Assembly: GCF_018977255.1 (NCBI RefSeq)
Contig: NW_024704747.1
Coordinates: forward strand, 25,606,001-25,670,000
DNA from: Callorhinchus milii
Taxonomy: Eukaryota
DNA: 64,000 nt
Direction of reading: 5' to 3'
The notes under the pieces are model-generated. The model was not told the origin of the DNA. It made no database searches and worked only from the letters and a program-made list of their open reading frames with translations. Below, piece by piece: positions 11,344-24,324 of the stretch (position 1 is the first letter of the stretch; each line of letters opens with the position of its first letter). A program made the translations under genes and the position numbers.

Positions 11344-12204
11344 AAATTTTGATTTATGCCTGCTTTTCAAATCCATTATGAAAAAATGTGACAGCATGGG
11401 CTGGCAATTTTCCAGTATGTGGCATTCTGTAGCTGCTCCAGTGAAGATCTGAGCCTGTGGTTTGAAACAGCACACAGCAGTAATGCTTTAGCATAGATGA
11501 GAGACTGTGGAACCATTCCTATAGTACTTGTGAGATAACATTGCTTTAGAGTGGCTCTCAATATTGGACCATAACCTAGGAATCCAAATAATAGGCATAA
11601 ACTATAGGAATCAGAGCAGTATATCAAATCAATTTAATCTCGACAGTGTGCTACAATCTTGGAAATGCTCGCTTTAAACCTGCTGTTCATTTTCAGGACA
11701 TACAATATTTGGGTTAAATAGATTTACTATTTAATAGTATGCGCTATTGTGATCTTTTTCTCAGCAAAGTGATCCAGTTTCTGGCATGATGCAGGACAGA
11801 CGGGTGAGGCAGATTTCTTTTAACAGTTGATAAGCAGGCTATTCATTCCATTTTGTACATTGCTTGGGTTCTGAATGAATACTGAACAGACTTTTAATGA
11901 TAATGAAAAGAGAAGATAGGAAATAGCAAAGGTAGGATTCTGATATCGCAAATTACTTTGAGTTAGTTATTGTGGAGAAACTCCCAGCTTCTTGCCACCT
12001 GGGATGACATACTAGTCATGATCTGGAATGGCAGGTGTTTGATCAGATCTCGTACATCTCTCGGCAAATAAGTGATAAATTAAACCTGGGAACAGTTTAG
12101 TGTATGATGTCTGGAGACTGATTGTATCACTTTCTCCCAGAACTCAATGTGAATGATGTGCATGCGCACTTATGTTCAAACTTTTTAAAACGTTAATAGT
12201 TTAG
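11344..12204 (+). pseudogene. KLHL-like pseudogene, inferred last exon (Kelch repeats ~4-9)
   Basis: Acceptor tttttttttacag|; (R)NFD, HGLAIF (11395-11412), *CFSIDERLWNH (11481-11516), ILDHNL..IIG, LDSV-YNLGN (11639-11666), DPVSGMMQDRRVRQ, ILYIA, VEKLPASC-TW, GMA-VFDQISYI (12025-12058), LVYDVW (12097-12114), CACALMF, TAG. Confidence 0.6.
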
Positions 12205-12236
12205 CATTGGCTGCAGTTAAATGATAGTTGAAAAAA

Positions 12237-12540
12237 ATTGCATTTTTGAAGTGTGTATTACAATGTCTAAAAGCACTTCACGTCCTGTTGAGTGTAGTGA
12301 CTGTTTTTATAGGCAAACTTTCATGTGGTGAACGATCAATTACTCAGGAAAAATATTGGCCAAGACAATAGGTGCATTTTTTTATAGTATCATGGGATAT
12401 TTAATGTTCCCTAAAGAATAGGCTATTTAACCATTGGTTTAACAACTCATAAGCAAGAAGGTACCACTGACAATGGAGCACTCCCAATTGGAGTCTTAGA
12501 GACAAGAGTGTTGCCAACTAACTAAGCCAAATTAACAATA
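12237..12540 (-). mobile_element. Degenerate Deu-domain SINE
   Basis: atattggccaagaca, atagtatcatgggatatttaatg, ggtttaacaactcat, gacaatggagcactccc, agagtgttgccaac: reverse complement of blocks in 52619-53006. Confidence 0.65.
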
Positions 12541-12627
12541 TAAAGGAGTTTACATGCTGAAGATTCTCCATGGATCTGTATATTATTAGAATATCTTGTA
12601 TTTGTGTGTGTTTTGGGTACTTCATTT

Positions 12628-12742
12628 TGTTCACAAAATATACAGTCAATTCATTTTACAGTACACTGTTTGAAGCGCTTTGAGACATCTCGAAGACGTG
12701 ATTAGGTGCTATACCAAATGCAAGGATTATTATTATTATTAT
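12628..12742 (+). mobile_element. SINE 3' fragment
   Basis: tacagtcaattcattttacag...gaagcgctttgagacatctcgaagacgtg...aaatgcaagg(att)n. Confidence 0.9.
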
Positions 12743-13071
12743 TCATACTCATCCATTGCTTGGATGTGTACAATCCATTATTTATTTGCATCTACCACTG
12801 CCTTTAACTCTGCCAGTTAATGTATGGATTTCCTCTACCCCAATCGCCTTGGCATTTTTATTTGTTACTGTGAATATGAAAACACATGTTACCTTTTCGA
12901 ATTCATACTACTGTTTATTACTATTATTTATTACTATATACAAAGGTGATTTTATTCCAGCCACCGTTTACTGAGTGAACGTCTAAAGATCCTCTTCAAT
13001 ATATAGTATATCAGCAAGATGAGTTGTTTGGTTTTACATATAGGATTTCAACAAGCCGACCATTTTAGAAA

Positions 13072-13197
13072 TTGCTGTGCGCATTGGCTGCCAGGTTTCG
13101 CCGATGTCAATTAACTTTGCAGTATATTCTGTGAAGCGCTTTGAGACATTTCGAAGACGTGATAAGGCGCTATATCAAATGTAAGAATTATTATTAT
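13072..13197 (+). mobile_element. SINE 3' fragment
   Basis: gctgtgcgcattggctgcc...gaagcgctttgagacatttcgaagacgtgataaggcgctatatcaaatg. Confidence 0.9.
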
Positions 13198-16100
13198 ATA
13201 AATAATAACAATCATAATAAGAGTAAAAAGCCATATTTCTTTGTTCAGAATAGTTTTACAAAAATGCAAAGTGGCAAACCTTCTCACCAAATTATTAAAG
13301 CACGTAACATTTTAAGTGCCAATAATAGAGATCCGCATATTATTTTTGAGTGGTTGTAAATTGCTAATATGAATAATATCTTAAGTGAGCATTTTAATTT
13401 GATGACAATTTGCTAATACAACAGCAAAATTATTAACAGTGGCACAACTACTATAAACTTTTTCATAGCTACCATCACAATACAATCAATGCTCATCATG
13501 GTCGATTTTGTTAAAAGAATTTTCTCAGGTTGGATTATGAAAACACTTGATTCAGAAGCAGCTACAGTGTGAAGAAGCTTTTACAAGGTACGAAGATTTA
13601 CTGTGCCATTCACAAAGTGCTCAACATGAAGGCGAGATTTTACATGAATAATGAAACGGAGTATCCTTTTCATCCGTCATTTATAATGATTGCAAAGTCA
13701 AGAATTGCACCACGGCCCGATTTAAAGATGGCTTTTCACAGACTGTACTTTCATTCGTCTGTGTGTCTGTTGCAAAACAGGGATTGCTATAGATTACGAG
13801 CCCTGAATTTCAGTGTGGACATAATGAGCAAGCCATACCCTTTTCTTAATTGGATCGTTCTTGCAGACTCAGTAATATAAAATACAGCATCTCATTGTTG
13901 CCTGGAATAGTAAATCTGTGCATAATGTCAGCAGTGGGCTCCAGTTTCTGGTGTATTTCATATGGGGTGGTGTGGAGCACTGTAATGAAGAACCCTGATT
14001 GATATTTATTTTCAGTGCCAGATTCAGCTTGCATATCCACTTCTGAACCACTGGGTGGTACTAGTCATTCATTGACTCAGGTCCCAGCAGCAAAAATGAT
14101 GATAACATTTAAGACTTTTAGACTATAGAGCACATAACATCAACCACCAGAGATTTTGATGTGAATGTAGTTTGAAATCATTCTACAATTGTCCAACTGT
14201 TGTTATCGCTAGAAATACCTGCATCATGTGTAAGTAACTGCTAGCAGTCAGCTTGCACATACATCCTCCTTAGGAAGGAGAAGGAAATCTTTTAACCTTT
14301 GCCTTTTATTGATTTAATACCATAACTGGACTATTATAACCCAGAGAACAAGCAGACAGCATGTCATGTTAAAAAGGCAGCTGCAATTATTATTGCTAAC
14401 TTCACCATTGGCATTATTGTTGAGCTGGATTTGTAAGGCTGTCAGATTGATGTAAAGAAGATAGCTGACGACTTAAAGCACATTAATAAAGTGAAATCTA
14501 TTCATTGCAAATCAGGTCAATAATATAACTTTTCGTTATAAAATAAACGATGAAAAGAAAACAAATCAAATGAGACTGTTCTTGTGTTAATAAATATTTT
14601 TTTTGTAATACCTTCTTAGTATTTTACTGAGTTCAAAAACAGTGAAACCTCTTTTAAAAGATGAGTCCAGGGATTTAAGGATAAACGCAGTGAGAAGTAC
14701 AAAGGGTACCTGCTGGGTTCCTCCTATTGGTAAAATATTTTAGGGTGTAAATTAGTCATTTCATCTGTTCACAGTAGTGAAGGTGCAAATTTCCTTCTAG
14801 TAGCTAAAACCGGTTTCTGAACAAGCAATTGAGTAAATAATTGATCTAGAGTTTTCCCCTGCCTCTGAATCTCACAGAATACAGAATTAAATAATTATGG
14901 TTGGGTTTTATGTGCAGTTTATAAACTGCTCAGAATGCTTCATCTTTGTAGAAAATACAGACCATTTTGTCTTGGGACAATGTTAATTGCTGGGCTTCAG
15001 TTATATTTAAATTATATTTATATAGTACTTTTGAAATAAAATAAACATGTTGAAGTGCTGCAAAGATAACATTGATTAGAAATGAGAGAACGTTGTTATG
15101 AAGGCAAAGCTAATACTGCGGCTAAGTCTGTGCCGGCAATGTCCTAGAAATTTAAGCTGCCATTGTAATAGCCCAGGAAGAGAGATGACATGGAAATGAG
15201 AGTCCACAGGCCAATGATTGTCAAGTAGGATTTGATCCATGCTAGAGGATCTAGAGAGCTGATCTGTACTGTCTGAACTGTACCAATGCTCGCATCACTC
15301 ATCCCGGAATTGATCTTATGGATTGACGATGGGAATATTGATGTCGATTTGTGGAATCATTGCAGCATTGCGTAGATAAGCAAAGCACAGTGATCACAGC
15401 CCATATTTGGAGCAATGTAAATGTAACATACGAATGCTACCTTCAGAAAAGTTCCCAGAATTGAAAAAATATTTTGAGAATACTCCAAAAAGTATGTCTC
15501 GGGAGAATATAGTTGTGTTTCCTTCAGTAAAAGAAAGATCTGACCCACGAAAAATCACTTTAATGCTTTCGTTTCATTGTTTTCTGTGTTTTCTTTAGGT
15601 TCTCCCTCAGGTATTAGTGAAGGAGAGAGGGAGTGGACACATAACCTACTTTCATAACTGTGTGCCTGTGAAGCTAAGCGTTCCGCAGAAGTGGAGAGAA
15701 CAGTAACAGCCTCTGCTCAGTGTCTCTCTCTCTGACACTTCACCAGCACACTCGGGAATTGTGAATAAGAACAAATGGGCTGTATAATAAGGCTTACTTT
15801 TCTAATGAGGAGTAATATCTCTATCCCACTTTCCAATTGTGCCCTTACTCTGAGTTTGTGTCTGATGGATACTTCCAAGGTCCCAAAATTCTGTCTCGTC
15901 AAAATTTAAGATTTTGCAGATTGTGGAAAATTCCTTAAATCAGTGTTAATTTGGAAACGGGTTCTTTTTAAACAGAAACTCCAAATTAAAGCTGAATTGA
16001 AAAGTGTTCTACCATTCAGCATCACCTTAAATGTTAAGGCAAAACCATCCTATGGGCTAAGAACAGGTAGAATTTCAAGCCTCGGGAATTTTAATTGTCA

Positions 16101-16687
16101 ACTCAATACAAATGCATGCTGAGCACCAATACAGGCCTATTTGCAATGTTAGCTCAATGCCGTTGATAGTCCGTGCAGTTGGCATTACACATTCATTGCA
16201 AGAAACAAAAAGAAATGACAAATAACTAGATGGAAACATAAAATAAAAGTTCATTTTATTAAAATAAAGTTGGACGCAAAACTAAACAAAAACAAAAGAA
16301 GGCATAAAATCGACTGTACGTGACTTTCTTCTAACCTTTTCCTGAATGACTGTGCCTGTGTATTTACTCTACTCACTAATGATCTTAACTGCTCATTATG
16401 AAACCGTTGCGAATCAAGGGCAACGTGAGTCAACTCATGGGAAAATCTTGATAGGTCCCTTTCTTTTTACTGCAATGAAAAATGCCCGGAGGATAATTCC
16501 AATTGCAGTCTAATCCCAGATCTGTTGCAATTGTGAAACTGCATTTCCTAAGCACTTCGATTTGGAAGTTTCTGTGAAGCTGAAATGGATGTACGTTACT
16601 CGAACAAGGTAGAGTGATGGGATTCTCAATCTGCTCAATCTTTATCACCGATGTCTCCTGCCGCTTTGTAATGTCATTCCCCAGTGG

Positions 16688-16955
16688 TTTGTGAATGTGT
16701 GGGAATTTCCGTCACTTTGTGGATGGATGTTTCCCCCCCCCCCCACTCCCCTCACAAGCTTTCAGGAACTCACCGTCTGGTTTGGATACTCTTAAGGTGA
16801 TGAGTTTCTGCACGTGTCAGACACCTGACTGACCAAAGTAAATTGTGGATGTGTGGGATATTTTCCATGTTATGGATGTGTGAGGGTTTTTCCCACTTTG
16901 TAGATATATGGGATTTTTCCCACTTGGAGGATATATGTTTTTCCCTTACTTTTGT
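16688..16955. repeat. Degenerate ~25-bp minisatellite with poly-C interruption
   Basis: Recurrent unit like tgtggatgtgtgggattttt(t)cccactt at ~16690, 16845, 16872, 16900, 16926. Confidence 0.65.
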
Positions 16956-17827
16956 ATAAAATATATACTAGATATCTTACTGAGTGAATGCAGCACTCCT
17001 CCCCTCCACCTCCACCCCCAAAAAATTGCATTATACCCACCTCAATGGCACTCCAGCAAGTCTGAATCCATAACACTGCAGGAAAGATCCATAGAAAGCA
17101 TATATATATAAAAAGCATTGGGTGCCAGGAATGGCTAAGTACATATCTGTCACAGTAAGTGTCCCCAGGTAACTGCACTCCTTTAAAGACTACCCTTCTG
17201 TCGTGATCGCATAACTGGAGCCATTAAAGAAACATAAAGCTAGTCCAGCTTCTGTCTGATAACAGACAGACCACAATGTTTTCCATTCCCACAGCATTGT
17301 GACATTGAGTTTCAGCCGCTAACAATGATCGCATTGCCTCAGGTTCACACTGTAAATGAACCCTTTGGTGCCACTCAACTTGGCGTGTCAAGAACGTTCA
17401 CAGTCCATCAGACAGAAGTACGAAGCTCTGATTTCACATGGTGATACACAATAGAACATGGTGTACGGTGAAAACAAATTGTACAGTACCACCTGCACTG
17501 GGGTACACCAGGTGATTTACCAGTGTATCAGTGTGAGACACTACTTATCTCATTATATCTTTTAGCAATGGAGCCAGGTGCTCTACACTCTTGTGGCACC
17601 CCTCGCATTCTTTTGCTTTGACCCTGGGAGGTCGTTCGTTTTGGCTTCCTGTAGTACATTGTGAAAAGGCTAAATAATTTTTATCATTTTAATTCTACTG
17701 CACCACCACTTTTAAGTCTCCTGGCACTTAAAAAACTATAACTCCTATAGCCAGAGCATTAGTGGGATTTATTCAAGGTTATAAATGCTCATAATTTTAG
17801 ATACTAAACAGTGAGGAGTTTTGATGA

Positions 17828-17945
17828 CAATAATAATAACAATAATATTCCTTGCATTTGACATAGCGCCTTATCATGTCTTCAAGACATCTCATAAAAT
17901 ATATTATAAAGTGAATTAAATGTATATTTTGCGGGTGAAATGCAG
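17828..17945 (-). mobile_element. SINE 3' fragment
   Basis: (aat)n ccttgcatttgacatagcgccttatcatgtcttcaagacatctc. Confidence 0.85.
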
Positions 17946-18609
17946 GTGCAATGGGGAGCTACAGTTTTCTCAAATTCGCTGAGCTAGAGAAGGAAAAAAA
18001 TCAGGTAGGCTGGGAGCCAGTTCATCCATGTGGATTTTGGACAAGGGTAGGATCAAATTCAGTTGTTATATGCGGCCACATTTGAAGGTAGAGAGGAGAA
18101 AGGCCAAAGCCTGTGAACCCAGCGCAAGTCAGTGTCTACAGAAGAGGAATTAGAAACAAACGCTTAAGTAAAGTTGATTTTAATATGTCTGTTTAATACC
18201 TTAAGTATCCACTCAGGCAGAGCCAGTCACTGCAATCACAATGCAATGTTCTGCCAGGACACCTCTTATGTATTCAGCCACAGCTTTGAGCTTTCGATGT
18301 CTCACTCAATGACAGGGCCCATGTGATCCTCAGTGTCTGTGAGTAAACAAACCATCGAATAACTAAATAAAGAGCAGCACATTAACCTGTGAGTGACTGT
18401 GCCAAACTCAAGAGTGCAGCAATTGTGATATAAACATGCAGCCATCCGCTCAATTGAAGTGAGGCTCAGAAGTGGTCGTTAGAGACAGACTTCACTTTAA
18501 ACCTCTCTGGTATGAATCACACAGACATGTCTGGTATCCCCTGCATATAAATGTGTTCAAGCTTTACCTGTGTAGATTGCGTTTGTTTAATGATGATTGA
18601 AGTACCCAG

Positions 18610-18880
18610 AACATTAGAAAATTGGGAATGAAAATAATTATTCAGGTCATCAAAGCTCATTCTCTATAACTCCACCCCCACCCATCACAGCAACTCAACC
18701 CAATGCTTTTGCCTCTGTTTAATTTTCTTGGTAAGATTATTATTCCAAACTTTTGAGTTTTTTTGATACATTGCCTAAATTTACTTTCTACCAATTTCCA
18801 CCATGTGCTCTAGTTCTATTTTCTTGGTTTAATGCAAGTTGTTGTTGTTTACTACCTTATAATAACTAGTTCAACAACAA
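18610..18880 (-). mobile_element. Very old CR1 3' fragment
   Basis: Reverse strand carries atagaactagagcacatgg (RTRAH) and a CR1-like 3'UTR remnant. Confidence 0.4.
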
Positions 18881-19639
18881 CTTCAAGCATGCACCCCTTA
18901 TCAGCCAGCCTACAAGATGATCTAATTGGTCTGATCAACTCTATATTTATTCCGCTGAGGGTTTTTCAACAATGCAGCACAAAGCCTGCGGGTCACTGAA
19001 CAGTTCAAAAAACAGCGGAGGGACTGAAAGTCTGGAAGCAAATCCTTATTCAATTGCCTGAGAAACAAAGTAAACAGGTTAAACAATAATTTAACATTCT
19101 GTTCTTAGCAAGTAGCCAAACTGAGGGAAGCCAACCCTAAGATAGGGTGGAATAATGTAAAAAAGCCAAGAACGTGATATCAGTGGGAACATGAAAAACC
19201 TCCATGAAAATAACAGATCTTCTGTGCGTGACCCAAGATCTTTCAATGACAGTTCCTGAGATTCTACATAAGCAATCCACAAGATGTCTACTCTTTGACG
19301 CTATGGCTGAAAGGGTAAGCACAGGTGTTAAACAAGGCCTTATGACATTTCAGGTTGACTATAAAAAGAAAGTGCTGACATTTTAAAACTACAGTATCAA
19401 CTTGTGATATTCCTCCATGACCAGAGAGTCATCAGCAGCCAGTGTGGAAATAATGAAATGTTCTGCTGGTCTCTACCATTGCCCTTTATATAGGAACGCA
19501 TTTTTCTCACAAAAACACTTAACGAGTAACAGGCAGTTTTCACGTGTGAATGCATTTGGAGGAAGTTGAAAGAATACCCAGGAAAGGTTATCCACTGGCT
19601 GGCTCACACAAGCAGCACACAACAGCAATGGAGAAACTC

Positions 19640-19910
19640 ATGTAGTGTTGGAGATCCTTTGACCTGATGAATCACAATGCCCTACGAATAAGACAAAGTC
19701 TTCTTGACGTGATCCTATCCTATCTTAATCAGAGAGGTCAGTGCCTTCCTCTCAAGAACCGACCTAAGCAATATGAGATGCGAGTGGGAAAGGTCAAGCC
19801 TGGAGTCCCACAAGGTACCAGTCTAGACGAGCATCCCCCTCTTTTTAATTATAACTGGTGACCTGCCATTTAATCGGTCAAACAGCTAAACCTGATGACG
19901 TGACTTGTCT
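19640..19910 (+). mobile_element. Decayed non-LTR reverse transcriptase core fragment
   Basis: SFDLMNHNAL (AFD.V.H..L), ILSYLNQRGQC (SYL..R.Q.V), VKPGVPQGTSL..PLF (GVPQGS.LGP.LF), then GDLP and DDVT (NDLP, ADDT) after shifts. Confidence 0.7.
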
Positions 19911-20304
19911 TGTTTGCTAACCATTAGAAAGACCAGGACCATCTCACACAATGGTTAAAAACCACTGATTCAGTTCAATGGAAAGAATCATTTTGTCAAA
20001 GTTTTTCAAGAGAGAGAGAGAGCGCACCACATGGACCACCCGATCTGAAAGCCAATAACAGATGACATTATTTAACTTGTCTCGCGGGAGCCAGCCTGAG
20101 TACTGATGACCTGGTATTGGTTTGTAAATCTGTCATTAGGTCTTACTGTCAGTGTTCATGCCAAGAGCTGCACATCAGCCTAAACCCCACAAATGAAACC
20201 AAGCTTGCTGACACAACTAATATAGGATTTTTTTTTAAAAAAGAAAAAAGGATAGAGAGGGAATAGGGAAGAAAATAAACCTGGAGGAAGAACAAATTAT
20301 TATT

Positions 20305-20481
20305 ATAATAATTTGGTCACTCAATCCACGACTGTTTGTGGGACGCTGCTGTATGCAATTGGCTGCCGTGTTTTGCCCACAGAATATACAGTCAATTCAC
20401 TTTACAGTATATTCTGTGAAGCGTTTTGAGGCGTCTCGAAGCCGTGATAAGGCGCTACATCAAATGCAAGGCTTATTATTA
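20305..20481 (+). mobile_element. SINE 3' half
   Basis: aatttggtcactcaatccacgactgtttgtgggacgctgctg...aaatgcaaggcttattatt. Confidence 0.92.
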
Positions 20482-20573
20482 CAGTAGTACAAGTTGTCAG
20501 TATTATAGTACTGCTATTTTTCAGGATCCCAAATCTCCATATGGAGACGATTTATAGCAAACGCTGAAAATAA

Positions 20574-20587
20574 TCACTAGATGGCGT
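20574..20587 (+). promoter_or_regulatory. CTCF-like motif
   Basis: TCACTAGATGGCGT vs CCACTAGATGGCGC; motif only. Confidence 0.35.
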
Positions 20588-23417
20588 CATGTGAAAAGGT
20601 CAGCCCAGAAACCGCAACTATTGTTATTGCATTTTTCACACTTAATGTAAAATATGCATTCTCTGTACTAAAATGTACACTTTATTCCAAATGAAATGTG
20701 AAATGTATTTGCATTGATAACAATTCTGCCATTCGGAATGAGTACGAATCAATGTTCTACATATACCAGGTATATTGTTCAGTTTATGAATTATTTGAAC
20801 GTGCTCTTGGTTTAAAAAAAGGCAGAAACAAAATGCAACTAAAGCGAATCAGAAAAAAGAAGTAACCCAAGGAAAAATGTACGGAAATGGAAAATGTGAG
20901 GAAATGAGAAATAAGGATCTGGAAGGAAAAATAACTTTGTGTTTTTTTTGTTGCTTTGCTCTGCGTGGAAGTACAAAGGGGGGTGGGTTGCACATGGGGT
21001 GTGACAAATATTCTCACTCTCAGGAATACAGGAGACGAGATTCCCAACATCTGTTTCCTCTGCTATGACGCTGAGGATATCAGTGTTAAACCACAACAAG
21101 GTAAAAATAGAACCAGTCCACAAGGCTCTCATTTTATTGCGGGCAATTTTAATAGGATTGCACTTGCAAACAGTGTGCTAAAGTGTGCTAAATCAGAGAA
21201 ACAATAACACCCACAAGCCTTGTTCTCAGTTTCCAACTGATGATCCCAGTTGTGTTTAATTATATTAAATGAAATGCTTTTTTTTTACTGAGATTAAAAG
21301 AGAACCCTCTCCCCACTCACCCACCCACGAATTCACCCCTGATTTCCATAGGATTTTTACACCAGTTTTACACCAAAACAGTTTGAAAAGTAGTGGGTCA
21401 GAAGGTGAAACAAATTAGCCCAGATTCAAAGGATTGGAGTATTGATTAGAACAGGAAAACAGTGCACACCAGCCCCTCAGCTCTCTCGCTCCATCTCTCC
21501 TTCACACACAGAAATTGATCAGATGATAATAACTTAGATGAGAGTAAGTTTGAAGCAGAGACCTTTTTCTGCCTGATGTGAATTTGAGGCCGCTGTAAAG
21601 GTTGTATCTGCTGAGCAATGCTACACTACAAGTTTTTTTTATGTAGGAAGAACCAAAATGTAGGGATCGGTTCGCCTCAGTGTTCATCACTGTTCCTTCT
21701 CTTAATTCTGACTTATCATCTTTTATCTTCATCCATGGAAACAGTACAGTTTAACTACCAGATCGAGACATGCCAGTCTTTCATATTAACAACTGCAGTT
21801 GCATTTACATCATTCCCAAAATAAGAGGTTAAAGGCTTAGNTTTTTTCTTCTTCTGTGTCATCTGCAATATCCATTGTAACTCAACAGTTATTGAAAAAC
21901 CAAAGCACTTTCCAGCTTTTGAAGGTTTGCATTAAACACCAACCCTTTCAATTCTGACATGTAGGTCAATGTTTCGGAATGTGCACGTATTTTGTTTTCA
22001 TCACAACCAATGCAAAAAAAAGATTCCCTGTACAGTACAGCCCAGGTTGAACAGTGAACACCTACAATTAGAGCCGGGATCTGACCATAAGCTAACATTT
22101 ACAACTCCGTGACCCCAAGTGTGTTTCGGTATAGTGTTGTAGAGTTAACATTCATAACGATCAGGACCGCAACCTAATAGGTGCATGAATGTTTAAACAT
22201 CAACAGCTTAAATATTAATAGTAATCATAGTCATTTCCTTTCTCTTTGTGTAGGATGCTGCGTTTTTAACGTCTGAGCCAGAAGAGAATACTAAAGGCTA
22301 TTGGGCCAGAGGCCAGCTGTTCCTTTCTGGCAGTGGAAATTCCTGTGGGAGGTTGCTACTCCCCCTTGGAGAGGGACTGCACCTGCCTTTGCTGCTCTTA
22401 CCCACATGATCGATTGAGCAGCTAGCTAGCATTGACTCAGCAAGCACACCGCTTCACCCCTTTAACTGATTCATGCCAGGGCACACACACATTGGCACAC
22501 ACACACTCGCACACTCACACGCACACGACCTCATCGCCTGGATTTCAACACTGCTCACTCGCACATCTGTAAGTAACCCACACTCAGATTCACTCAGGTT
22601 AATCTGAGTGCGAATATTACGTGATATGTATATCAAACCTCCTGTCACTGGATTTCCAACCGACTGGGTCCACCTTCAACATATCCATTTGTCAATAGGT
22701 GACCTATTCAGTCTTTATAGGTTATTGTGGCTCATTGGCATCAGTGACATGTTTGTATCTTACACAGCATTGTTCATTGGCTATGCATGAGTGTGTGCAT
22801 CTGTGATTTTACACCATGATCATTGGCTCTGTGTGTGAGCTTACAGCAGGTTGTGTATGTATTTGTTTGGATCTCTCTCTCTCTCTCGCTCTGTTTATAC
22901 AGACACTGAGTCATTCATGCAGCAAGCTACACTACCATGGTCAAAAATACAGCCGCCATATTTTATTGAACCAGGATCAAGCCAATGCTTTGAAACTGAT
23001 GTATCTGTTTGACCCATCAAAAATTGAAATTTGTCTTCTGGTGACAATCTCAGGATAAGAGTTCTGCAAACGCTCAATAAAAATGTTGGTCAGTTTTACA
23101 ATCTTAGAAGTTCAATCAGTTTACTGTGTTTGTTTAACACATTTGATGTTGCTGTATTTCAATGATTACAAGAGAGTCTGGTTATTTTGCAGTGACAGAC
23201 AATTTTACAATCCCCCTATATAGTTAAATATGTAAAATGAACAAGTCTGAGATATGAATGCAGCCTCTATCTCATAGTTCCATATTGATTCACTGTGGTA
23301 AAAGTAGGCTCTTACATTTAACGTTATTCCCAAAGCTCCAGGCAGGTTTTTTTTTAAGCATTAGAGAGCTGGCGATATTGTGAAATGCTCAACAAATGCT
23401 CAACAAAAACTTATCTG

Positions 23418-23478
23418 ATAATAATAAAAAAAATCCTTGCATTTGATATAGTGCCTTATCACATCGTTGAGATGCCTC
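23418..23478 (-). mobile_element. SINE tail fragment
   Basis: aatccttgcatttgatatagtgccttatcacatcgttgagatgcctca. Confidence 0.8.
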
Positions 23479-24324
23479 ATGATAAAGATGATGATGGAAA
23501 CCATTTGTTTTCCTGAATTCGGACAGACAGTCCTTACCCAGGGAAACAACCAAGTACAGGAACAAGTCCCATCAATGTGCTGGAAACAGATGCTGGAGGG
23601 TTGCAGATACCGACTGCGTCTCTCGCAGCTCCAAGGAACATTTTCTTGATTCCCTTTGATACCTCGCTAACATTGTGTTTGTTTTCAAGTCTTAACGAAG
23701 GTTAGGATCAGAGTATTACATGTCGCTGAACCTCTGAGTGAAGTGTTTGAAGGAAGAATACAGGGTAACCATAGAATTTCCGCTGGGTCCTCATTTTTGC
23801 ACAGGTAAACTTTGATTTTATGTGCTCTGCGGAGATTGTGTGCTATGTGCGTAGTGCAGCCTGTTTCACACTATCCCAGGAGTGTTTGCTATTATACAGG
23901 ACTCGCTGCACATTTAATATAGCCATTTCGGTGGCAATATCTTTGGTCTGGATTCTAGGTTACTGCTGGTGCCGAATTAGCATTCTCCTCACTTTTATTT
24001 TGCACCCTCCAATGTGATGCCCTAGATTAATTGCTTCTGCTACATATGTAAATAGCCCTTGGCATATGATAGCAGGAGCAATTACTGAAAGATCTTCGTG
24101 GGAATAAAATGGATTCCTGGAAAATTGAATCACATTTACATTTTGAAATTGGTGCCTTCACACTCTTATTCTGCCAATGCTGATGTTATTAATGGTTTCT
24201 CAGGTTGACAGAATGCAATTCTCCCTTCCTTCCATTTGTTATTTCAGATTAGGATTTATGCTCGATTTTAGGAGGCAGCTTTCAATTTCATGAAAGGATT
24301 AGAGGGGAAAAATAATAGTACAAC

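Larger units (their letters stand above)
5156..12204 (+). pseudogene. Decayed multi-exon Kelch-like (BTB-BACK-Kelch) gene with 3 BTB-BACK modules and ~9 Kelch repeats
   Basis: Colinear, roughly correctly spaced BTB, BACK and Kelch motifs across many stops and frameshifts (see exon entries); aacATGg at 5156; candidate splice sites at 6720 (AG), 8333 (GTAAGG), 10455 (GTAAAT), 11343 (T-tract+CAG); KLHL-like C-terminal 'CACALMF' then TAG at 12202-12204. Aligned by eye to BTB/BACK/Kelch consensus. Confidence 0.65.

Noticed and set aside
17295-17444. 49-codon open stretch after a good + strand acceptor; similar case at 22254-22408
   Set aside because: No recognisable product and weak or absent donors; expected by chance in 64 kb.
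17950-18075. Possible remnant of another ancient SINE (also 36700-36790)
   Set aside because: Resemblance is from memory and too degenerate to support without a repeat library.
21841-21841. Single N bases (21841 and 41713)
   Set aside because: Assembly ambiguity, not biology; small gaps at these points cannot be excluded.
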